64,000 bases of DNA from Mayamaea pseudoterrestris. Lineage: Eukaryota. Position numbers and translations under genes: made by a program. Positions 46,995 to 57,741 of the stretch are shown piece after piece. The notes below the pieces were generated by a model. It did no database searches. It saw only the letters and a list, made by a program, of their open reading frames with translations, and was not told where the DNA came from. Location of the stretch: positions 186,001 to 250,000 of the forward strand of contig BROI01000025.1 in assembly GCA_027923505.1 (NCBI GenBank), given 5' to 3'. Numbering within the stretch: the stretch's first letter is position 1; each line of letters starts with the position of its first letter.

Positions 46995-49157
46995 TTATTT
47001 TAAAGTTGATGGCTTAATTGAGGTGTGCTGGCGATGATGTGCATGCTTGAAGCCTCGAAGCATGAGTCGGCATAAAGCACTGCATTTATGCGTCTCGAAG
47101 AACATGGCCTTGCCCTTGCGGCCGCGATCGGTTCGACCATGAACGTGCTTGCGACCCGACGAACTAGTATGGTGAATTACTGGATCGGAGAGTCTGAGGA
47201 CGTTGTCCTTTTCGTCATAGACACCTTGAAGATCACAGACAAGGCGTTTGCGACCCGTTGCCCAGTAAGTGAAATGAGAAAAGGCTTGTGCGACCTCGGA
47301 GGCTGTGAATACTTTTACAAAGTGGATGTTTGTACCCGCATGCTCACTTTCACTCCCTTCGTCGTCACTTTCATCGTCTTCGCTACCTTCTTCGATTAAG
47401 CCAAGGTCTTCAGTCTCGAGCTTAGTGAACGCTGCGCGCATAGCCGCGTGATGGTCGAAATCGGGGGCTCGCTCCATTCCTTCAACGTAACCGTTGTTGG
47501 CGTTCCATTTGTGCCATTTGCTTTCATCAAGCCTGTCTTCAACCAAAACGCTCTGCATACCCATTGTCTTGTCATCCAATCGGTACACTGAGCAATCAAG
47601 GAAAGCTATGCGTGGCGTGCGCTCATCAACTCGATGCGTAAGGTCAAGCTTGTCATTGAATCTATCCGCGAGGCGACGTGCAAGCTGCTGGGTTCTGCAA
47701 AACGTGCGAACAAAGTTTTTGCGGGACCACTCCTCATTTCTCCCAGCATCTTCCAAGATAAGACGACTTTCCTTTGCAACCAAAGGCTTGCCTAAAATTG
47801 TTGTCCCGTCGGCAGCTAGCTCGTAAAAGCGATAGGCGAATCGCTCAGCTCCTTCTCCGAATGGACACTTACTAAACGCGATATATTCGGCGTCTGGATG
47901 CTGCAAGCAAGTTTCACGAAAGTCTTTTCCGCTTTCGCTATCTTCTTCCCATATAGTGCGGAGCACGCAGTTGTATGGATAGATGAAGAACTCGTCTTCC
48001 GAAACACTTGTGATGGCTTCTCTTGCCTTGGTTCTTGACTCGCGTTTGACATTCCGCACCTGACACTGCTTTAAAGTTGCTAAATCTGTCATCTCTGTCT
48101 GCGTCGTAGTGAGTGAAGACGCGGCCGAGGTGAACATGCTACCGAGAGACGACGAAGTCATTGACGGGAGGCAAAACATTGCAATTGCCTGGTAATCTTT
48201 GGCGGAAGCGACCATTTTTTCCAGAACGTCGAATTCATTGTAATCTCCCATTCCGATAGCTGTGAAGGTCAATCTACGTCCAAAGTTGCTGGCAAGGCTT
48301 CCCACTTTGTCAACGATATCGTCGATTCCACCTTGGCCGACGGAGGGATCCGAGGGCCTGCCGTCGGAGAGAAACAAGAGCGCATTAGCACAAGAAGTAT
48401 TCATATTGCGAGACAAGAGTTGCTCTGCGATAGAGAGCGCGGGGAGGAAAGGGCCATGTCCTTTAGGTTGGATGAGCTGTTTCCGGTAGATATCTACGAT
48501 TTTGTTGTACAATCGCCACGTGCATGGCTCTTCCTCGATGACTATCTTGGGCTGCTCTCCCAATGTCACTACTGAGAGGACGTCGGTCACGCAAGCATGC
48601 CCTGATTCAAGCCTGTGTGCAAGGTAGTCGAGTGCAATAGACACAAAGACTGCGTCAAGTCTAGGGGTCGGTCAGCGGGAAAGACAATGTTCTGACAACT
48701 CGCACACATCGACGTCGTACCGATTACGAGTCCCCCATAAATCACTTTCACGCATGCTTCCGGATGTATCGACTACCATAACTGTATTGGATGTCCAAGA
48801 TGGCAAGTCTTTTTGAATTTTCTCGCGAGCCTGGATGTGGTCTTCTAACATTTTTGGTGTGAGAGGAACTTTCTCAAGCGTAAGAGGCTTGGCATAGCAC
48901 GTCACAAGTTTCCAATTTCTCTTTGTTTTCTGAAAAAAGTAATAGATATCTTTGTATTCGTATTTCATTATAGATTGGCTCCAATGACATGGCATTGCTC
49001 GGCCGTAGACTTTGGCTCCTTGTGGATCTTTCCACTCAATGCCGCGCTGCTTTCTTCGTTGCCGAGCGTGTTCAGTCTCGACGTATGTTACCGCGGATGT
49101 ACGGATAGAAGCCAACATGATGGTAGGATAGGTGCCGACTACTAATTGTTGGGTCAT
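46995..49157 (-). CDS. vWA-domain alpha-kinase (eEF2K/MHCK family) with N-terminal DUF4258-like domain (2 exons)
   Basis: MIDAS VVDTSGSM and LFLSDG. Kinase motifs FGEGAERFAY, VAKES, QAFSHFTY, LVCDLQG, LSDPVIH and FFETHKCSALC. The 60-bp intron 48661-48720 restores RNRLDAVF. Confidence 0.9.
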
Positions 49158-49481
49158 CTAATGAGTGATCGTTTCATTTGACGCTACCAATGACGAATGT
49201 CGGTGTACTCATAGAGCTTGCTTCAACTGAAGCAGCCGGCGCGAGAAGGATGAGGTTTTTCTGTAAACGCGTCTTCTAATGTGCCGGTAGCTAAGCATAA
49301 GCTACCGGTTGCTGCCTACATGCTGAGATGAATCATACACAGAGTTGCTTTAAACGCGGGCGTTCTGACTTTCCTACACTACCCGATAAGTTGATGTATA
49401 ATGAACAACAAGCAACTGCTTATGATGCGATAATGTCATCCTGTGTTTCAATTATACTATATAGCTTTGTGGTACAATCGT

Positions 49482-51466
49482 TTACTTTGAGCTGAAACTC
49501 AACATCATACCGCGATTGAAGAAGAGACCACCTCCTTCGACCAAACGTCCATGCGACTTGCCCTCGTTCAGGACAATGACCCGAAGCTGTTCCTTCATTC
49601 CAGTCATCCGTCCCGCCACAACAATAATCTTGTCGCCAACGCACATGGTCTTTGAGTTTACCAATTCGTAGTTGACTTCTTCAATCACGCTCTCCGAGTC
49701 TTCCAACGAGTCGACTAGAATTGTGTGCATACCCATCATGAGTCCGCTTGCCTGACGGCATGCGACCAAGTTGGAGGACACCATCAAGGCAGGAACTCCT
49801 GGACGGAAACGAGCGACATAGTTTGCCATCTTGCCAGAATCTGACAATACAACGATGAGCTTGGCGTCGATGTCGATCGCAGTCTTGACCGCTGAGCTGG
49901 ACATCGATTCTCCCATGGTCATGCTGCCATAGTCCGCCATGATTGAGTTGATAAGCGTACGGAACTGTGTCAAGTTCAGGAAAAAGGCATTTAGTCCCAA
50001 TTTCAAAAGCGCCGGTTACGACACCAAACAAAGCTTTGTATACGTACCAACAACCTGTGGTTGACATTATGCTCCGCTTCGCAAACGGTGCGGGCCATGA
50101 CCGTGACAGCCTCCTCAAAGTAAGGACCGTTCGCCGTCTCACCGGAAAGCATGACAGCGTCAGTTCCGTCCATGACGGCGTTAGCAACGTCACTGCACTC
50201 GGCACGCGTTGGACGAGGGTTGGTGATCATGGACTCCAACATTTGTGTAGCAGTAATTACTGGCTTGCCAGCGATGTTGCACTATGTAAGGTAAGAAAAA
50301 AGGTGTCAGTTGCTGAGGCGGTAAGCAAATGAGCATTTCTTAATTCCTCAAACTTCCGCATACCTTGCGAATCATCATCTTCTGTGCAAGGAATACTTTG
50401 CTTGCCGGAATTTCCATACCAAGCTTTTGCAAATGAGCAGATATCGTGAGTAAAACGATTCGTCCACAACTTTAAGCATGCGGTCAATGCACCAGCATCA
50501 TACTTACATCTCCGCGAGCCACCATGACGGCGTCCGTCTCCTTCAAAATCTCGTCGAAATTTTCCAATCCCTCCTGATTCTCGATCTTGGAAATGATCTT
50601 GATGTGACCGCCGCCATTGTCCTCGAGCAGCTTTTTCAGTTTCTTGACATCTTCAGCCTTTCTGATGAAGGAGGCCGCAATGAACTCAACTCCGCGCTTG
50701 ACACCAAACTCAACAATGTCATGAACATCCTTTTCGGTAAAGGTTGGAAGGCCCACCTTGACACCCGGAAGGTTCATGTTTTTGCGCTCGCCAAGGACGG
50801 CATTGTTTTCAATGCGGCACGCCACCTCACCCTTGTCCGCGTCGCACGTCAGGACGGTCAACACCAACGAGCCGTCAGCCACGAGAATCTGCTGACCAGG
50901 AGTCACGTCCGTGGCCAGGCTTGGGTACGAGCATGCGAGCTTGGTGTGGTCGCCCTTGAACTCGTAGTCGGTGGTAAGGATGAGTGTTTCTCCCTTGGTC
51001 AGCTCCATCTTTTTGTTTTCAGCCGCTAGCATTCCAGTACGAATCTCGGGGCCCTTGGTGTCAAGCATGACTGTGTAAAGGATGTGGCGATGAGTCGATT
51101 GTCATGGTTTGATACAGTAATTTTTCTTTCTTTCGCAATTTCGGAAACACTGCGCCTTCAATATCTCCAAGATGCTTCTCTCACGCAACACGTACCAGCA
51201 ATGTTTCTCGACTTGACCATGGCCACTTCACGCAGCCGATCCAAGACTTGTCCATGTCCCTCGTGGTCGCCGTGCGAAAAGTTGAAACGGGCAACGTTCA
51301 TGCCGGAATCCATCAGGACGCCAATGTTTTCCGACGACCAGCTTGCTGGACCCATGGTGCAGACGATTTTGGTGCGGCGCTGCTTCGTATCCGTCTTTCG
51401 GACAATCTTGTCCAACGTAATGAGTCCGCCGGTAAGCTCTGCGTTGACTTTGGTGTTTGCAAGCAT
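49482..51466 (-). CDS. PK: Pyruvate kinase, probably cytosolic (5 exons)
   Basis: [67 protein letters not shown] and [10 protein letters not shown]. No targeting peptide. Confidence 0.97.
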
Positions 51467-51934
51467 GGTATGATGATTGGACGAGAAAAGATCGACTGGA
51501 AAGAAAGCAGCAAGTGGAATCAAATGAGATGGACAATTGTATGGGCTTTGTGGTTTAGTTTTCTGGCGTCTGACAAATCTTACGTTGTTCAGGTATATGG
51601 GTGAGGGTAGCAATGCTTCTTGACTATTGTAGAAGTATTGCGGCAAGTTGTGAGGGACGCAAATTCCATGGTCGAATCTGCCGAAATAAATGAGAGTACG
51701 TCGCCGGCAGACATGTACACTTTGATCGATAGTAAACGCCCACCATGCGTACGTATGTGAACTCGTCTGTCGGTCGTCGCATCATTTTTGGCGATCGGAT
51801 GCACAGCGCATTGCGCTCGTCTTGTAAGCTGAAAGGCGGCCAAGTCAAAGAGAAGTATGCACAAGACAAATGTAACTACAATATGTTTCTAGCGGCGTGC
51901 ATAAGTATTTACCAGGCAAACTCTGTCCTGCTGT

Positions 51935-54900
51935 TTACAAGTACAGCAATGTCGAGTGCTTCTCTTCCAGGTCTTTTACCATGGACGCGACTATTTCGGC
52001 TCCCTTGTTCTCGAATTCCTTGCGGTTCTGCTGAGCGTAGGTTAGATACTCGTCACTAGAAACTCCGAATACGCCGCAATCCTTCAATTTCTTTGCCAAC
52101 GGAATAATGTAAAAATCAAAGAAACCGATTTCCCCCTTGTACCAATTGATTGATGGGCAAGCATCTGCACGTCCTGCTCGATGAGCCAGCCACATTTCCT
52201 CGAACAGTCTCGCGTTCCACTTGCGGTAGATATGCCAATGCTGCATTGTGTGAGCAACATCTGATGCCTGAATAATGTGCTCAATGACAATAGTCGCCTT
52301 GCGGTTGACCGCCTCATCACTGCTTAGCCCCGACGAACTTTGGCCATCAAACGCCATTATCCACCGACTCTTGCGGTTCAGCGATGCCTGACGATCCATA
52401 ATGTCAGTTGCCATTACAGCGTTCACCACGAGTTGGCGGAAGCGCTGGAACTCATCCTTTGTGGAGTAAATGATGCGGCGAAGGGGCGCAAAGCGGTCCT
52501 CCATCAGGCTGGCCCAGGCCAGATCGACCGAGTTTTGTTCAGCAATGCTTTTCTGTTTGTACACAGTTGCCAAAGGGCTATCTTCCTTGATGAGCTGAGC
52601 GTTTGGCACCCCGCAATGGTCAACATCATGAATGAGTGCCGAGAAGACACAGGCAAATTGAGTTAGAGGATCGCTCGTTATGCCGTACGTATGATCATGC
52701 AACATTTTATGATCATCACCAGCTTTGTCAGCACTGGTAGACAAATCTGGAGCAACGATGCGTGAAAGCAGCTTGACGACGCTCATGGTGACATGCGAGA
52801 CGTGTTCAAAGTTATGAAATGGGTTGTCTCGGTAACTTGTTGCAACGTCTTGCATGTACTCGCGCAACAAATCGTGAATGTCTTCGGAGATCACAATGTC
52901 GTCTGGGTTCACCTGGCGAGCAGCGACTTCGGAGTCGTACTTTGGGAGCATGATGACATCCACTTGCTCGTCAAGCACAATGCGAGTGGAGCGCAAAGTG
53001 TCCATCTCAAGTTGACGAAGCTGAGCCTCCGATGTGGGCATTTGCTTGGAAGCATCACGTCGGGCAACCACTTGTTTGAGAATGCGAAAGAGAATTTCCG
53101 TATTCCAGTCAATGAGGCGAGCATACTTCTCCGAAACAGGTTGTGGGGCGATAAAAACTTCCTTGACGCTCACTTCGTTGACGCTAGTGTCTTCTTGCTC
53201 CGTATCTGCGGCACCGACTGAACCGCCGGAACTCGTGCCACTGTCCGTATTCGAAGTTGCATAGTTGCTTGCTTTGTTAATCTTTAACCAAAATGTCTTT
53301 AGCGCTCCTTTACCCTTGGCGTGGACTACATCCTTTCGCTCTTCAAGCCAATGACCCTTGCCAGCGGACGTGATAATATCCGCGGTATCCAATGACACAT
53401 GGATGCGAGATCCGGCGCCAGTCGTCTCGATTCTTGCCGTCGTGTTGACCGTATCACCAAACAATTCTGTCATGAACGAAAGTTCAGTTTGTCAGTCACT
53501 GCTCTCCAGCATGATAATGCACATAACTTGCGGCGCAAACTTACGAAAACGAGCCTTTTCTCCACGAAGCACTCCGGCAGTAACTGGTCCACTGTTCAAC
53601 CCGACGCGAACTTGCAGCTCGCTTGTGTCAGGCCCCAACTCGGTGGAAAGTTTGGCGAGCAGTGCAGGCATGGCATTGACGCAATCACTGGCGAATCGAG
53701 CCATGGTCACGGCATGATCTTTACGCGGCTCGGGTAATCCCGACACGGCAACATAGCAGTCGCCTACTGTTTCCACCTTGAAGACACGGCGCCGATTTGC
53801 TATTTGGTCAAACGCGTGGTATATTGTTTCCAGGAGCATAAACTGTGAAGGGAGATAGACTCATTTTAGTGCCAGCGTCGCGAATATACGCGAGTATCGA
53901 CGCACGCAGCTTTTGTAAACTTACCACTTGCGTCGGCTCTCGCATGCTGCTCCACGCAGTAAATCCTTGCAAATCAGCAAACATGATCGTACAATTCGGA
54001 AACAAATCAGCAAGAGGTTTGCTCTTAAACATGTCTTGCGTGACAGCGACTCCGTCCTTGGCAGTAAAGTCTTTGAGCATGCTTTTGGCATTCCCACTGG
54101 CTGCTCCCCCACCTGCGTTTTTGGTCTCAGCGTACGCATCCTGCAGCATCTGCTTGTGAACCGTCTCGGGAAATAAACTCGTGACAAACTCGTTCGTCCG
54201 CATGGTTGCTCCGTACAAAAAGTTGTGGCGGCGAGAAATCATAACGTCGTAGATAACAAACATGATCAACACACATATGAAGCACGCAAGAATGATGCAG
54301 GTGTAAATGATAGGCTGCGACGTATGGTAGTGACTCTCAAACTCGGCTGTCGGGTACATGCTAATGTGATACCGACACATGGACTCATCTGGAACGATCC
54401 ATGTGCGGTTAAAGAAAGGAATATCGTTTACCAGTCCCAACTTAACGTATCGTTGGTCGCCCAGGTTTCCATAGTCGAGAAACGTTGCCTTTGGTCCCTC
54501 AATGCGGTAGGTGAACTCAACGCTGCACGCTTTGGTGCCCCTTATAACCGCGAGCATGGGCATAGTTGCCTTGGCCATGAGATTCTTCAGCAAGTTGCTC
54601 CATGAAAACATTGAAATAAGAATACCAACAGTTGGTGCATCATCTGTAATGTCTTCAAAGACAGATTGTATGACGTAAGATTTAGGCTGCGACATTTCCG
54701 CTTCGCTGGCACCCATTGCATAAAGCGCATTCAGATCGACGTCCGTAATATCGTCTGAAATTCGGGCATGCCTGCGTCGGATTACCGAGGCCATCATGGC
54801 TCTCACTTCAGCTTTGGAAGAGAAGTCCTTTGTGACAAATGACCAATCCAATGGAGTAGGTGCTAGTTGCCAGAGGGGAGCCACGAACGGGTATGGCCCA

Positions 54901-55939
54901 GCATTATCAGCATGAAAGGGAAACATTTCGACTGTCAGGTTCCTCGGAGTAACACCAGGGTGTGTGTATTTTAGATCCGTGCTCAGCCAATCTTGATACT
55001 TGACGGCATACGCCTGCCACTCGTCCAACTCTGGCGTCGGCACCATGGGAAAGAAACCGATCACTTGGGCGCCCGAGAGCATCATCTGTGAATGTAAGAG
55101 AGAGAGATGTAAGACAACATGCAGATCATGGAGCAATATTCCAGTTTAGCTAACCATGACGGTCATGTAGCTCGACCCGATCTTGCCTCGCAAAAAAACA
55201 GCTATTCATCGCCGCCACCATGACCCACTCCTCCGCAACTACTTACAGTAGCATTCGCTCGTTGAGCAATGTCAGGCACAGTGACATTTGGAAAGGAGTT
55301 TCCGTCGATTTGATATGTCGAATAACTAGTGAACGTCGTACACAAAGCTCGAGTCTGATTCACTGCCATGGTCGACGCCTTTTCAAAGCGTTCAAGAAAG
55401 TAAGTTTCCTTTTTCGAAAACTACCAAAAAATACACGAGAGAGCCGAGGTCAGAGATGCTGCAAACAGCCATAAGACACTCAAACATCACCAGCAGCAGC
55501 TCGTAACGAGCCAATTGTCACACATCGACGCTCGATTTCAGAGAGGCTAACTTTACAACTACCATTCGCAGCAAGTAAACTAACGCGTCGTCACGGACAC
55601 ATTCCATTCACAAGTACTCACATCATTCTCAAAGTTGTTTGTTTCACCCTTGGACATGGCCACGTAGACGGCGGTGACGACTCCGACCATGGTGAGCAAA
55701 AAGATGACACCCAAAAGAATCTTGATGCGATTGGCGTAGCGGGTTTCGTCATGCCCCATAAACTCGTTCTGAAGCTCCTTTTTGGCGGCGCTCTGTGCAT
55801 TGTTGGTGGATCCCGGAGTCTCGGATGTGTTGTGGCTGTCGCTGTCTCCACCGGCGGAGGATGATCCATCGTCAGACTCGTGGCGGCTACCTTGCGGTAT
55901 CTTGTCGCTCGATAGATAGGTCTCTGGTAACTCCTTCAT
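51935..55939 (-). CDS. Membrane-bound class III nucleotidyl (guanylate-type) cyclase / class I phosphodiesterase fusion (5 exons)
   Basis: TM, extracellular sensor, second TM. Cyclase motifs TIMFADLQGFTAWSS, KVETVGDCY and RFQLFGDTVNTTARIE. PDE motifs NPFHNFEH, ALIHDVDH, MATD and QASD. Exon 2 (55420-55247, ..FPNVTVPD..) was found by hand and is absent from the ORF track. Confidence 0.92.
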
Positions 55940-56542
55940 CGTTCTATGTTGCAGACCGTTTAATGCAATGATGGTTTATCAGCATAAGTGTTTATCAGAC
56001 AACGAGCCAGCAAGATCAAGAGAGTGATGCGAGCTATAAAGTGAATGGAAAGTGAGAGCAGACGCACGGAAAAATGCCGCTTCGACCATGATCATTCGGT
56101 CACTCGGTCACAGAGCGAAGGCTTATTTATCCGAAGTGCCGATCGGCTGTTTGGTGTACTGTTTAGGTCATACTAACTACTTCAATCCACCAAGTGTCAT
56201 CCGAATAAGTCAATTCCTGCTTTGACATTTCGGCAATATTGCCGACACGAAATGGCCCTTTGATGACGCCTGAGGCCTTTTCCGACGTACAGCCCCAGCC
56301 ATCCGCGGCACGGGAGTACGTCATTTCACGATCGTCAGCAGTCACACGTCAAATTGACACGATCTAAAACAGCGAGATTTCGTCGCAGCGTCTGCAACGG
56401 CTCTCAACGAGTAACGGAGCGACCTTGTTTGACACCAGTTCGCGATCCGCGGGATCCGTTTCCAACGCACATCGCCATGGAATTTCAAAATTGCAGGAGC
56501 CAGCACCTCCTCTTCCCCTAGGCAGGCAACGACTTTCCAATC

Positions 56543-57517
56543 ATGCCATCTAACAATCAAAGCTACCAAGTCTTGTACGATAGTGCAGTTATTAGCTTTC
56601 ATCTGCGTGAGTTTCGCAAGGCAGCCGACTTGTACTGGGAAGCCTTCAACAAGTTTCCATCCAAATGGACCGAACATCGGTACCAATGTTTCACCGGCTA
56701 CTCTTCCATTTTGGCGGAGAAGTACTTTAAGCATACAGCCACCGACTTAGAGAATATTCGCAGTGTGCTAGACAATGAGGAAGAGCTTGCCTTTTTTCGA
56801 GTTGATGCAGGATTAACCTTGGGTATTTTGCGTCACCGCGATCATGACGACGAGGATGCGGCGGATGTTTACCGACAAGCCATTGGAATTGCAAAGGCCG
56901 CGAGCAAGCAGGAATTGAAGAGGCGTACGCTGAACGAGTTGAACCAAAATGTTACGGTTCGTGAGCTCATTGGAGGCCTGCAAGAGCAGCTGACCAAAAA
57001 TCTGAAGTCAATTGAGCGGCAGGGAGTCAGATTTATTCCAGAAGGCTTTATCTTTGGATCGGCGCCACCCATTCCACGATCAGATGGAAGTTGCTTGGAA
57101 AACAAGATTCGAACAATGCGTATGCCCCAAGACTTGGCTCTGGCGCGGCGTGCCAGTGAGGTCGGTGGCCGAGCATGCGACTACGAAGGGTGTCGCAAGA
57201 CGCTGGCGGAGCTTGGCGTTGATCGCTTGAATGCTTGCGCCAAGTGCAAAATGGCCTACTACTGCTCGCGTGAGTGTCAGACGGCTGCCTGGAAGCAGGG
57301 ACACAAGTCAGCGTGTCGTGCGCCGGAGCAGCGGGTAGTGGGTGACTACATGAAGGTTGATGGCTTGGAGGGTCGCAAGGAGTTTAATTTCCAACTTGTA
57401 CGACTTGTGGAGCAGCTGGAAAATGGTCGTTGGAAGGTGGAGTTTTGCGTACCGAAGGAAGCGAGTGTGATCAGCGTGGCTTCTGATAAGCTTGTTCACA
57501 TTCGACCTGCCAAGTGA
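56543..57517 (+). CDS. MYND zinc-finger protein with N-terminal helical (TPR-like) region
   Basis: CDYEGC...CAKCKMAYYCSRECQTAAWKQGHKSAC, then a beta-rich C-terminal module VDGLEGRKEFN..GRWKV. Confidence 0.85.
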   Translation: MPSNNQSYQVLYDSAVISFHLREFRKAADLYWEAFNKFPSKWTEHRYQCFTGYSSILAEKYFKHTATDLENIRSVLDNEEELAFFRVDAGLTLGILRHRDHDDEDAADVYRQAIGIAKAASKQELKRRTLNELNQNVTVRELIGGLQEQLTKNLKSIERQGVRFIPEGFIFGSAPPIPRSDGSCLENKIRTMRMPQDLALARRASEVGGRACDYEGCRKTLAELGVDRLNACAKCKMAYYCSRECQTAAWKQGHKSACRAPEQRVVGDYMKVDGLEGRKEFNFQLVRLVEQLENGRWKVEFCVPKEASVISVASDKLVHIRPAK

Positions 57518-57741
57518 GTGTTGTGACATGCCTGAAACCCATCTAAGCGTCGCCAGCGTTTCTTCGCGTCTCTAAATTCGATAAGTGTCTGGTCCATACA
57601 TATTTTTACATTCAATTTTCAATCGTTTTTTTTGTTCTTCATATTATAAATTATGTATTGGTGTACGTCTAGGGCACTCTCGAGAGCTGATTGCTTCAAA
57701 GGTCTAAAGGCAGCGAGAAGAATTTGAAATCGCCATTACTA

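Noticed and set aside
46995..55939. Split ORFs in the alpha-kinase, pyruvate kinase and cyclase-PDE genes as possible pseudogenes or frameshifts
   Set aside because: The breaks checked are explained by canonical GT-AG introns that restore the frame.
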